A stretch of DNA of 64,000 nucleotides from Sedimentisphaerales bacterium (GTDB lineage Bacteria; Planctomycetota; Phycisphaerae; Sedimentisphaerales; SM23-30): positions 51,958 through 115,957 of the forward strand of contig CAXXFK010000038.1 in the NCBI GenBank assembly GCA_963663965.2. Reading direction: 5' to 3'. Below the pieces are notes generated by a model, which was given only the letters and a program-made list of their open reading frames with translations, had not been told where the DNA came from and did no database searches. Shown here piece after piece: positions 28,607 through 38,885 of this stretch (its first letter is position 1; every line of letters begins with the position of its first letter). A program made the translations under genes and the position numbers.

Positions 28607-28929
28607 TCCTATGCTTACAAAATTGATATAAACCTTTAGTAACTAAACAGACGCAAAAAATATAAAATACAGATAACAGAAATGCCAATTCAGGAGGGAA
28701 AAAAAACGGGTTTTTTATAAAAAAGAAGGGGATGTGGTGTTAAAGTGAACTTAATTAGACAATTGCAATCGTGATAACACTATCATTTTTCTCCGAACCG
28801 CGATCGGGAAAATAAGTAAACTTCAAATTTAACCCGGGAATTATAGTCCTATAAGTGTGTCAGGAAGAATTTGATACGGTATTTTGATTTTTCCAATTCC
28901 ATTCGCATCATTTCATTCGGGCCTTATAC

Positions 28930-28962
28930 AAAAAAAAGCCCTTTTGCTTTAGGCATCAGGGC
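28930..28962 (-). terminator. Intrinsic terminator-like hairpin in the leader of the LEPR-xLL operon
   Basis: Minus strand gccct-ga-tgc-ctaaa-gca-aa-agggc followed by T8. Confidence 0.5.
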
Positions 28963-28992
28963 GATCATAAGAAAATAAAATCGAAATAAGAG

Positions 28993-29158
28993 ATGGGATG
29001 CGCCGTCAGGCTATTTACCAGCCTTGGCTTCTCAGTCAAGCCCGGCCAGTCTTGGACCTGAGTTTTTCAGTGAACTCCGGTTGGTCCATTGTCAATCAGA
29101 ACATACAGCTTTCGGTCAACTCTGTGTGTGTTCATAAATTCAACTCATCGAATCCCAT
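28993..29158 (-). ncRNA. Candidate structured cis-regulatory RNA, family not recognised
   Basis: Several short complementary pairs in about 165 nt, directly upstream of a terminator on the same strand; see findings. Confidence 0.3.
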
Positions 29159-29635
29159 TCTATCTATTTCGGTTAACCAGACTTTCATTATATCTTAACC
29201 GATCATGCCAGCAATGATATTTTAAAACCTTTTACCATTATTGCTGTAACTTCATATCCCAGGCATGGATACAATACGACATATAATAAGACAATTTACG
29301 GGTCCGATATCTGCCAGTTCATCATTGGCCGATCAGGAGGATTGGATGGCAGTAACTCACGATCAGGAGGCAACAGCATCGAGCGAGGCGGCATGGCGAA
29401 ACCTGAGGGGATGATTAGGGAGGGCCTAGAAGAGGGGCGACTTTAATAAAAAAAACTACATAACATGTTGTGAATAAAGGCAATATGGCTATCATGGTTG
29501 ATATGACAGTTTACGGATGATTTCGGTGAGTTTTCTGTTGTAATTGCACGTAAGTTGGACTATCATAATGGTTTCTATTGTTTTTGAGCTGATGAGCTGA
29601 CCCGATAGATTTTGAGACTGAATTGAAAGGCACAT

Positions 29636-30499
29636 ATGGATACTGATAAGAAACATCCCGAGGAAGTGGGCGATTTTGAAGATCTGCATCATGAGGGCGA
29701 GATACCGGAATTTGTGAAGAAATACGGCGGCCGGATACTGGTCTTTGTGGCGGTGTTTCTAGTGGCGGTATCGGCGCTGCAGTTGATTAAATATAATATA
29801 GGCGAGTCGCAGCGGGAGAAGAAAGAGCGGCTGGCAAGTCTGGTCGTGGAGCAGAATAAGATGGCGGTGGAAGCAGTAAATCCGGATCCGGAAGCCAAGG
29901 ATTCGGCGCCAAAGAAGGCCTATAAATCGGCAGAACTGGTGGCGAATCTGGAGAAGTTGAGCAAGCAGGCCGCAGATTCGAATGTGGGCAAGATGGCGAC
30001 GCTGCAAGCGGCGGAAGCGATTCGGTCTGACATTATCTTTGCCGATCAGTTCTTCAGCCAGGAAGAGAAACAGGCGATCAGCCAGCAAGCCAACGCAATT
30101 TATGAAACGCTGTTAAAGAAGTATCCGAACGATCCGGCGATTGTTGGTCCGGCGCTGATCGCTCAGGGACTGCTGGCTGAAGAGCTGAAGGAATGGGACA
30201 AGGCAGGGCAGTTCTACAATCAGGCGATCGAAAAGGCGAGTGGTGTACTGGCCGGTACGGTATTTGTGCAGCAGGCGCGCGACCGGTTGATGGGAATGGA
30301 TAAGCGGAAAGAGACGATCGAGTTTGTGGACGCTCCGGAACCAGAGCCGGTAGTTGAACCGGAAGCCGGGGCGGTTACGGTACCGACGGTGGAAAATATG
30401 ATGGGGGCGGCAACCAAACCTGAGGGCGCTGAGTCTGAAGCCGCCGGGCCGGAGATTGAGATAGTACCGAATTCGGAAAATCCCGGCGAAACGAAATAA
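29636..30499 (+). CDS. Single-TM periplasmic TPR-like protein (YfgM-like architecture)
   Basis: FVKKYG followed by a TM helix; TPR-like YETLLKKYPND...ALIAQGLLAEELKEWDKAGQFYNQA; Pro/Glu tail. Confidence 0.7.
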   Translation: MDTDKKHPEEVGDFEDLHHEGEIPEFVKKYGGRILVFVAVFLVAVSALQLIKYNIGESQREKKERLASLVVEQNKMAVEAVNPDPEAKDSAPKKAYKSAELVANLEKLSKQAADSNVGKMATLQAAEAIRSDIIFADQFFSQEEKQAISQQANAIYETLLKKYPNDPAIVGPALIAQGLLAEELKEWDKAGQFYNQAIEKASGVLAGTVFVQQARDRLMGMDKRKETIEFVDAPEPEPVVEPEAGAVTVPTVENMMGAATKPEGAESEAAGPEIEIVPNSENPGETK

Positions 30500-30524
30500 G
30501 CCGTCTTTTTAGTAAGAAATGAAC

Positions 30525-30562
30525 AGGGCAAGCCTCCTATCCGCTTGCCCTTTTGTTATTTT
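30525..30562 (+). terminator. Intrinsic terminator
   Basis: agggcaagc-ctcctatcc-gcttgccct followed by tttgttattttt. Confidence 0.7.
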
Positions 30563-30852
30563 TGGCAGGAGCAATGCATCCTTAAAACCGCGATTTCTCC
30601 TGTGAAAATTGATAGAATACCATGTATACCCATCGGGAATGGAAATGTCCGATCACTCGCAAACTAACTATTTTCTTTTTAAAGACTTATTAAACGGTCA
30701 AGTGGGTATTTTTGATCGAAAAAGAAGTATCTCAGTATTCTAGTTCCAGATTTCACTAAGATTATTAAGAGTAAAGAGAAAAGCGTGAAATGCAATAGCA
30801 GTTTTTGACCTGCCGAAAAACAGGGCTTTAAAGGTAATTTACAAAAAGAACG

Positions 30853-31924
30853 ATGGTAGAATTTGATGACAATGCGACAGAGGCTGATGAACTGGCTGAG
30901 TCGGAGATTGAGGATGATGGCGGACGGCATGAATGTTTGACGATCCGTCGCATGCTGCCTAACCGTCGAATAGATAAGTATCTGAATCATCGTTTCCCCG
31001 ATTTTTCGCGTACGGCGATCCAGCGGCTGATCAAAGAAGAAGCCGTGACAGTGAATGGACGTACGACCAAAGCGAGTTATAACCTGAATCCCGGTGATAA
31101 AGTGGATATTCTGTTACCGCCGCCCCCCACGACGGAGATACCGGGGGAAGATATTCCATTGAATATAATCTATGAAGATGACCATATGATTGTTCTGAAT
31201 AAACAGGCGGGTCTGATTGTACATCCGGCGCGGGGGAACCGATCCGGGACATTGGTGAATGGGTTAGTGTATTACAGTGATTCACTATCAAGCGGGAGTG
31301 GTGAGTTTCGGCCGGGGATTGTGCACCGACTGGACCGGAATACCACGGGAGTCATTGTGGTGGCGAAGAACGATCTGGCGCACTGGCGGATCGCACACCA
31401 GTTTGAACACCGGCTGACACAGAAGACCTATGTGGCGATTGTGCAGGGGCAGATGGAACTGGATGGGGATACCATCGATATGCCGTTGGGACGACATCCA
31501 AAGGTGAGAGAGAAATATTCGGTGCAGATTGAAACGGGCAAACCGGCGGTGACCGGCTATGAGGTGCTTGAGCAGTTTAATGGGTACGCGTTTGTGCGTT
31601 TGATGCCAAAGACCGGCCGGACACACCAGTTGCGGGTGCATATGAGCGCGATCCGGCATCCGATTGTGGCGGATGATATGTATGGAGGGAAGGCGCGTAA
31701 CGGTTGAGCAACTGGCGAATGGGCAGGCGTTGCCGGGACCGGATGAACCGGGCGATGGGCTGGCGCCGGATAGGTCGATTATCAGCCGGCAGGCACTGCA
31801 CGCATTTGAATTACGATTCCGGCATCCACAAACTGGGAAGCCCATGGTGTTTGAGGCACCGTTGCCGGAGGACATGGCCTTAATGTTAACGTTATTGAGG
31901 CGATATCGAGTCGGGGGGAAGTAA
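30853..31924 (+). CDS. rluD: RluA/RluD-family pseudouridine synthase, frameshifted near 31696
   Basis: S4 domain, LNKQAGLIVHP, GIVHRLDRNTTG, TGRTHQLRVH; the conserved RQALHA...HP...FEAPLPED tail is in another frame (31664..31924). Confidence 0.85.
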
Positions 31925-32073
31925 TAGGTAATACGAAAAATTACAGAATAGTCTTATTCCATGCGATATTTGACGATAAAATAGTATAGGAATGAAGAGA
32001 GGGCGACGCTATGGACGCCATAAAGACATTCATGACAAGCAGTTAGAGGCCACGCGCTGGCCGGGAGTCTGAA

Positions 32074-34002
32074 TTGCCCGATACACAAACCACTCAGAAA
32101 ATTTCTGAAATATTGAATCGAATCGCTCAATTGCCAGGAATGCAGCTGGAACCGCAACAGTTTTTTGCCGAGTTTCTGCAATTATCGATTGTAGTTACCG
32201 GCAGTCAGGGCGGAGCGATCTGGGTTTTGCAACCGCAACAAACGCCTCAATGTTACTGTCATTTGAAGCTGGAATTATGCGGGATACAACAACCGGAACA
32301 ACAAAAGATCGTTGTCGAAGCGATTGACAGTGCTGTCAAAGAAGAGAAGCTCGTTATCCTGCCGGCGAATACGGGCAATCCGGAGGAATCGGGGGGGAAT
32401 CTGGCGAACTGTCCGTTGTTCTTGAAGCCGTTGAAAGCGGCCGGGAAAGTGGCGATGGTCTTGCAGATTATTGGTACGCCCCAGATGAGGACAGAGGAGT
32501 TCCGGATGATGGCCGGATTGCTGGAGCGTTCGGGTGAGGCGGCGGAAACCTATCTGGCACATCGGCGGGCCGTGGTATTGGAAGATGATCGCAAGGCGCT
32601 GACGCGATTGCTGCAATTCAGTGAGACGGTTCACACCTCGATGGACCCGGAAAAGGTGATTTATCAGATTGCCAATGGAGGGCGTGATACGATTGGCTGC
32701 AGCCGGGTTGTGGTGTGGGTGGATCCGAAGGTTAAGCGTGGATTGCGGGCGGTGAGCGGTGTGGATAAAGCCGACCGGCGTGCGGTTCTGATGCAGGCGA
32801 TCGAGAAATTGAGCAAGCATTGTCTGTTTATTAAAAAGCCGATTATTTCAACGCGTCAGCAACTGGTGGAGATGCTGGAGGATGATGAATTAAAAGAGTT
32901 GCTGATGGAATATTATAACGTCAGTCAACTGGATCAGATATTTGTGCAGCCGATCAAGGTGGAACAGCGCTACCTGGGCACGCTGGTGGCGGAGGGGTTT
33001 GAAGATGTGGGGACGGCCAGCCTGGCGGGCTTGATCTCGAATGTGGCGAACCACAGCGGGATCGCACTGGATAACGCGCTGCAACTGGCCTCGTCGCCGA
33101 TGTTCAAGCCGCTGGCGAAAATGAAATCCATTCGAACGGAACCGAAACGGAAGCGTAAATGGCTATTCGCTGCGATCATTGTGATTGCGGCCCTGACGGC
33201 GGCCTGTTATGTGCCCTGGCCGGTAACGATTAAAGTCGCGTGTGAATTGTCGCCTTCGACCTTGCGGACGGTCCAATGCGAGCTGGACCAGGTGAAGGTA
33301 AGCCAGATTGTGACTGATTCGGGGAATGTGACTCAAGGACAGTTGATCGCTCAATTGGATGATCTGGATTTTGTGGCGGAGAAAAAGGCTCTGGAGCTGG
33401 CCCTGGACCAGGAACGGTTGAAACGGGACCAGTCGATTCCAGGCAGCAGCGAACAGAAGACCAGCGAGCTGCAAATCAAACGGCTGGAAAACAGCCTGGA
33501 TCTGGTGAGTTCTCAGATCGAGCGGTGCCAGGTGCGTTCGCCAATTGAGGGAGTGATCCTGACCGCCGACCTGGAGCGGCTGGAGGGCCAGGTGATTGGC
33601 AAAGGCGAGACCATCTGTGAGGTGGCGAGCTTCGATCAGTGGCAATTGCGGCTGGATGTGCCGCAGGAAGAAGTGGACTGGCTGCGCAAACGTCTGGCGG
33701 GTGGGGGCGATGGAACAACGGGGGAAGAAGCGCCGGTTTATTATTTTCTGGAGGCGTTTCCGCAGTTCAAGCTGCAAGCCAGTATTAATAATGTCGATCA
33801 GATTGGCCAGATGCCCAAATTGAAACAGGATGGCAATGTGTATGAGGTGAGAATCGGCATTCCCGCAGAGCGTCTGGTTGAAATTCGAGAGGGTTTACGA
33901 AATGGCATGGTGGGGCGCTCGAAAATTGAAACGGTGGAAAAGCCCTTTGGATTTGTTCTGCTCCGCAAGGTGATCCGGTTCTTCCGGGTGACTTTTTTCT
34001 AG
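32074..34002 (+). CDS. GAF-like domains + TM + HlyD/MFP periplasmic adaptor (copy 2)
   Basis: GAF-like region (AVSGVDKADRRA), one TM, VRSPIEGVI, LRNGMVGRSKI...LLRKVIRF; same layout as 20836..22719. Confidence 0.85.
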   Translation: MPDTQTTQKISEILNRIAQLPGMQLEPQQFFAEFLQLSIVVTGSQGGAIWVLQPQQTPQCYCHLKLELCGIQQPEQQKIVVEAIDSAVKEEKLVILPANTGNPEESGGNLANCPLFLKPLKAAGKVAMVLQIIGTPQMRTEEFRMMAGLLERSGEAAETYLAHRRAVVLEDDRKALTRLLQFSETVHTSMDPEKVIYQIANGGRDTIGCSRVVVWVDPKVKRGLRAVSGVDKADRRAVLMQAIEKLSKHCLFIKKPIISTRQQLVEMLEDDELKELLMEYYNVSQLDQIFVQPIKVEQRYLGTLVAEGFEDVGTASLAGLISNVANHSGIALDNALQLASSPMFKPLAKMKSIRTEPKRKRKWLFAAIIVIAALTAACYVPWPVTIKVACELSPSTLRTVQCELDQVKVSQIVTDSGNVTQGQLIAQLDDLDFVAEKKALELALDQERLKRDQSIPGSSEQKTSELQIKRLENSLDLVSSQIERCQVRSPIEGVILTADLERLEGQVIGKGETICEVASFDQWQLRLDVPQEEVDWLRKRLAGGGDGTTGEEAPVYYFLEAFPQFKLQASINNVDQIGQMPKLKQDGNVYEVRIGIPAERLVEIREGLRNGMVGRSKIETVEKPFGFVLLRKVIRFFRVTFF

Positions 34003-34081
34003 GGCCGCACTATAATTCAATAAATGAATCAAATCGGGGAAGCGCAAGCTTCCTGAAAATATAAGCGAACAACTGGATATT

Positions 34082-36295
34082 ATGACAGACGAGATACAAA
34101 AACAGCCCCAAGATTTGGAATTGAATGTCGATTGGCAGGAGGATACCTCGCGGATCCTGCCAAAGAGCCGCAAAGATGTGGAGATTACCGAGCAGGTTTT
34201 TTACGGCAAGCCCTGTTTTGTGCTGAAGGATCCGACGACCCTGAAGTATTTTCGGTTGCGTCCCCCGGAATATCTGATCTATCAGTTGCTCGACGGGGAA
34301 AATACCCTGGATGACATTCTGAGAGCGCTGGCAGAGCGGTTTCCGGCGGACCAGTTTGAGCCGCAGACGGTAATGAATTTTCTGGTGATGCTGCGCGGGG
34401 CCAACCTGCTGATTGTGCCGGGTAAGCAAAACACCGAATATCTGCTGAAGCGTAAGAAAGTGACGACACGGGGATTCTGGACGAAACTGCGTACGGAGTT
34501 TCTGTTTTACAAGATTCCGTTATTGGATCCGGACAAGTTGCTGATCAGGCTGGATAAGACGATCGGCCGGTTTCTTTTCACGCGTGGGATGGCGATCCTG
34601 GTGTTTATACTGCTAGTGGGTGCTATTTATCTGTTTATTGGCAATATAGACAACCTGTCCCGCCGCATGCCGTTGCTCAGCTGGATTAATTTGATGTACC
34701 TGGTGCCGAGTTTTCTGATCGTCAAGTTGATCCATGAATTCGGGCATGGCCTGACGGCGCGTCATTTTGGCACGGAAGTGCATGAGATGGGCATCTTGTT
34801 TCTGGTATTCACGCCCTGTCCCTATTGCGATGTATCGGACTGCTGGATGTTATCGGATAAAGGCAAGCGGATGTGGATTACGGCGGCGGGGATCGCGGTG
34901 GAAATTGTGCTGGCGGCGATGGCGTGTTATATCTGGTCGCTGACCAAGCCGGGCACGGTGATCAATCAATTTGCCCTGAATGTCATGTTGATGGCCAGTA
35001 TTAATACCTTGTTGTTCAATGGGAACCCGCTGTTGCGCTACGATGGGTATTATTTCATGATGGACATGATCGAGATCCCCAATCTTAAGCAGAAGAGCAG
35101 CAGCTATTTATGGTATCTGTTTCAACGGTATGTCCTGGGAGAAGACAACGCGTCAGAGCCGATGGACGCTCACGGCCGCGAAAACGGATTGGTTTTTTAC
35201 GCGATTTGCAGCACAGTTTATCGCTGGTTTATCATGGTGGCGATCATTACCATGATCTGGAAGTTCCTGGATCCTTATGGACTGGGCGCTCTGGCGGCAG
35301 TTATGGCGTTGGCGAGCATTTATTCGGCTTTGATTCAGCCGGTATTCAGATTTTTCAAATATCTCTATACGCATCGACATGCCATCCACTTGCGGATTGC
35401 CAGCTTTTCGTTGCTGGTAGTCATAATCTTGGGTACCGTAGTCTGGATCATGATGATCAAAGTGGAGCAATCCGTCGACGTGCAATGCGTATTGCGACCG
35501 ACTGACATGCAGGTGTTGTATGTCACCCAGCCGGGATTGATCGATTTGTCTGGAGGTGAACTGGTACGGGATGGTCAGGAGGTAACCGAAGGGCAGGTGT
35601 TACTCACCTTGCGCGATCCCGAACTGGAAAGTCAGTATAATGATATTAACTATGAGATTGAACAGTTGAAGGCGGAACGTGAACAGGCCCGGTCCAATAT
35701 GAATCAGGAGGTGGAAGCCGTCGCGTTATCCAGCAAGATCGAATCATTAGAAACGAAGAAAGAACGAATTGCCGAATCGCTGGAGCGGTTGAAGATTATC
35801 GCCAATGCCAATGGGCGATTACAATTGCGGCTGCCACAACCACTGGAGCAGATGGATGGCATGTACCTGGCCTTGCAGCGGGAAGTGATGGCGATTTATC
35901 AATACGGTGACTACGAAGCCATCGCGGCAGTCAATCATAGAGACATTGAACGGATTCAACCGGAGCAGAAAGTACGGATCAAATTATGGGCGATGGATGA
36001 TGAAGAATTGGAAACACAGGTGAAAATCAAACCGCCTACTCATGTGTTACGGCTGTCAAGTCCGGCGTTATCCACTGCATTTCATGGGGAAACACCAACC
36101 TTGCCTTCCAGCGATCCCAAAGATGCTTTGGAACCGGCAGAGAACACCTATGAATTGATATTCCCGCTGCAACAGGATGCCCGATTACGTGATGGTCTGG
36201 GTGGTCGCGCCAAGATCTTGTTTGATGATAAAACCCTGTTTCAGACTTTCTACTGGTGGCTTATTCAGACATTACGTCAGGATATCCGGTTATAA
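34082..36295 (+). CDS. PqqD/RRE-like domain + M50 site-2 metalloprotease + MFP fusion (copy 2)
   Basis: FVLKDPTTLKYFRL...LLDGENTLDDI; HEFGH; FNGNPLLRYDGYY; VRDGQEVTEGQVL and coiled coil. Confidence 0.88.
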   Translation: MTDEIQKQPQDLELNVDWQEDTSRILPKSRKDVEITEQVFYGKPCFVLKDPTTLKYFRLRPPEYLIYQLLDGENTLDDILRALAERFPADQFEPQTVMNFLVMLRGANLLIVPGKQNTEYLLKRKKVTTRGFWTKLRTEFLFYKIPLLDPDKLLIRLDKTIGRFLFTRGMAILVFILLVGAIYLFIGNIDNLSRRMPLLSWINLMYLVPSFLIVKLIHEFGHGLTARHFGTEVHEMGILFLVFTPCPYCDVSDCWMLSDKGKRMWITAAGIAVEIVLAAMACYIWSLTKPGTVINQFALNVMLMASINTLLFNGNPLLRYDGYYFMMDMIEIPNLKQKSSSYLWYLFQRYVLGEDNASEPMDAHGRENGLVFYAICSTVYRWFIMVAIITMIWKFLDPYGLGALAAVMALASIYSALIQPVFRFFKYLYTHRHAIHLRIASFSLLVVIILGTVVWIMMIKVEQSVDVQCVLRPTDMQVLYVTQPGLIDLSGGELVRDGQEVTEGQVLLTLRDPELESQYNDINYEIEQLKAEREQARSNMNQEVEAVALSSKIESLETKKERIAESLERLKIIANANGRLQLRLPQPLEQMDGMYLALQREVMAIYQYGDYEAIAAVNHRDIERIQPEQKVRIKLWAMDDEELETQVKIKPPTHVLRLSSPALSTAFHGETPTLPSSDPKDALEPAENTYELIFPLQQDARLRDGLGGRAKILFDDKTLFQTFYWWLIQTLRQDIRL

Positions 36296-36549
36296 GAAGG
36301 TATAATTGTAAAAGTTTGACAAAAACAATATGGGCAGCCCATTAATTTCCTTGCCCCGATCTGAACATATTTGTCATAATACCGTATAAAATATTAATAA
36401 TCTGTTTCAATCCATTATCGCTTCCTGTAATCAGGAAAATTCCGCGATGAATGTGGATCATCTCAGCGCGGGTGAAGGGGTGAGTTCGTGGATTGATAAT
36501 GTTAATACCGTTGAATTTTACAAAAAATGATTTTTGAGGAACATGCCGG

Positions 36550-38793
36550 ATGAAATCAATTCGATATTATGCGACCATTTTACCGGTTTTATTGATTGTT
36601 GTTTTGGGTATGAATGTCTCCCTGTGTGCCGGGCAGGATACTCTTCAGATTGAAACCCGCGTTCAGCGACACAGTCAGATCGTATCGGCCATCGACGCCA
36701 TGGCGCGGGGAGATTTTGAGGTTGCCCGTTCGGTGATATCGCATACCGAAAGCGATACCAGCTCGACTATTTTAAAACCATTCACCGAACTGCTGACTCA
36801 GTATGACAGTCTGGTAAACAAATTGAACCAGGCGCGTAATGACGCCTATAAGAAATATATCAACGATTTCAAGCGGGAATTGGAAGAAGCGCACTGGCGC
36901 AAGGCGGTATTGGAAACCAGTCAACGCATTGAGCTGAAGAGCGAGAAAAAAAGAACCCTGGAAAAGGAATTCGCCGAAGAACGCGAGAAGAATCTGTTCA
37001 CGGCGCTAACCAACCTGGTGAACGCCTGGACGCTGGCAGACAAAATGGACCTGCAGTACGATATCGATCCGAAACTGCAGAAGACGGTCGTTGATGAATG
37101 TCTACAAATAGCGACAGAACTGGAACAGCATGACAAGGGTCTGGATGCGTATACCAAGGTTTACGGTTTGCTGGAAATCCTGGACAAAGATCATTACGAG
37201 TATAAAGACCTGCATGACCGGCTGCAACGGGAGGTGACGCTGGAAGCGACGTATATCCCGGATCCTAATACCGAAGGGGTTGCCTGGGAAGATCGCCGCA
37301 AGAATGTCAATCTGGAAATGGTGTACCGGTCACTGGCGATTCTGGAATATGGTTTCGTGGAAAAGCCAGATTTTCGGGCTATGTGTTTGAAGGGGCTGGA
37401 TTATTGCCGGATTCTGGCGGAAACCGGGAAGATGAAAGAGGCATTTGAACAATTGGAAGATGAGGAAAAGGTTGACAGTTTCGTGGATACCCTGGAGCGA
37501 CTGGGTGAGAATGTTCTGGAAATCGAGCCGGAAAAATTTGATTCGAGGCAGGTGCTGGCGGTCATTGAACGGCTGTTACTGATCAATAATTTAACGATCG
37601 CGCTGCCTTCGGAAGTGTTGCTGGCAGAGTTCAGCGAAGGGGCGTATAGCAAAACGGATTCCTATACCTATGTGATCTGGCCCTACGATGTGGAAGAGTT
37701 CCGCAAGAGTATGACCAATGAATTTTCGGGTGTGGGCGTGGTGATCATGAAAGACGATGACGGCGTTTTGATGGCCGATTCGCTGGTGAGTTATGATACG
37801 CCGGCTTACCGGGCGGGGATCGACGCGGGCGATCGTATCTTGAAAGTGGATGGCAAAGATACGCGCGATATCACTACCGAAAAGGCGGTTAAACTGATCA
37901 CCGGGCCCGATGGCACGGATGTGGTTTTGACGATACAGCGTGAGGGGTGGGATGAACCGCGCGATCTGATTGTGCGACGCAAGCAGGTGGCGGTTCCGAC
38001 GGTTCGCGGTTTACAGCGAACTATCGACGGCAAATGGAATTATTTTCTCGATCCAGAAAAGAATATCGGGTATGTCCAATTAACCCATTTTTCGGGGGAT
38101 ACGGCCGCCAGTTTACGTACGGTGGTCAAGCAATTGAAGAGTCAGGGCATGCGCGGACTGGTACTGGATTTACGAAACAATACCGGAGGGTATTTGAGCG
38201 GAGCAATCGATGTCGTGGATACCTTTATATCGAAAGGCCGCATCGTAAGTTCACGCGGCCGTGACGACCAGGATGAAGAGGTGAAATTTGCCTCGGCCGA
38301 GCAGACGGTTGATGAAGAATCCCCCATGGTGGTGCTGGTCAATTCCATCTCCGCGAGCGCCTCGGAAATTGTATCGGGCGCTTTGAAAGATAACGGGCGG
38401 GCCATATTGATTGGTACGCGAACATTCGGCAAAGGGAGCGTGCAGACAATCCAACCATTGGGGATGACCAATGCCCAGATGAAGATGACCATTGCCAAGT
38501 ATTATTTACCCAGCGGCCGGTGTGTCCATCGCGACCCGGATGATGACGATAATGACGATTACGGGGTAGAACCGAATATTACCATGGAACTGACCGGTGA
38601 TCAGTTTACAACTTACACAAAAACACAGCGTGAAGCCGGAACCCTGCATCGGGATGATTTGCCGATGGACATGCGGTCCTGGAAGACCTATTCTCCCCAG
38701 GAACTGCTGGACATTGATCCGCAGTTGGAGATGTCTTTGCTTGTTTTAAAAGCGCGTTTACTGCGTGACGATCCGGTCGTTGTGGCCAATTAA
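36550..38793 (+). CDS. ctpA: S41 carboxy-terminal processing protease with PDZ domain and long N-terminal helical extension
   Basis: Signal peptide; PDZ FSGVGVVI; DLRNNTGG, SASASEIV (catalytic Ser), TFGKGSVQ (Lys), YYLPSG. Confidence 0.9.
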   Translation: MKSIRYYATILPVLLIVVLGMNVSLCAGQDTLQIETRVQRHSQIVSAIDAMARGDFEVARSVISHTESDTSSTILKPFTELLTQYDSLVNKLNQARNDAYKKYINDFKRELEEAHWRKAVLETSQRIELKSEKKRTLEKEFAEEREKNLFTALTNLVNAWTLADKMDLQYDIDPKLQKTVVDECLQIATELEQHDKGLDAYTKVYGLLEILDKDHYEYKDLHDRLQREVTLEATYIPDPNTEGVAWEDRRKNVNLEMVYRSLAILEYGFVEKPDFRAMCLKGLDYCRILAETGKMKEAFEQLEDEEKVDSFVDTLERLGENVLEIEPEKFDSRQVLAVIERLLLINNLTIALPSEVLLAEFSEGAYSKTDSYTYVIWPYDVEEFRKSMTNEFSGVGVVIMKDDDGVLMADSLVSYDTPAYRAGIDAGDRILKVDGKDTRDITTEKAVKLITGPDGTDVVLTIQREGWDEPRDLIVRRKQVAVPTVRGLQRTIDGKWNYFLDPEKNIGYVQLTHFSGDTAASLRTVVKQLKSQGMRGLVLDLRNNTGGYLSGAIDVVDTFISKGRIVSSRGRDDQDEEVKFASAEQTVDEESPMVVLVNSISASASEIVSGALKDNGRAILIGTRTFGKGSVQTIQPLGMTNAQMKMTIAKYYLPSGRCVHRDPDDDDNDDYGVEPNITMELTGDQFTTYTKTQREAGTLHRDDLPMDMRSWKTYSPQELLDIDPQLEMSLLVLKARLLRDDPVVVAN

Positions 38794-38821
38794 TGAAAGT
38801 CTGTTAATGAGATAGTTGTTC

Positions 38822-38854
38822 AGCCATAACAGTGGGAGCTGTTATGGCTTTTTT
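38822..38854 (+). terminator. Intrinsic terminator
   Basis: agccataacag-tgggag-ctgttatggct followed by a T-run. Confidence 0.85.
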
Positions 38855-38885
38855 ATTGTCAAAATATTTTCGAAAGGGGTAGATT

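Noticed and set aside
28607..29635. c-di-GMP-I/II or glycine riboswitch
   Set aside because: Diagnostic motifs (GGCAAA...GAAA...GACGCAAA; GGAGAG...CCGAAG...CTCTCAGG) not found on either strand; kept only as an unassigned candidate RNA.
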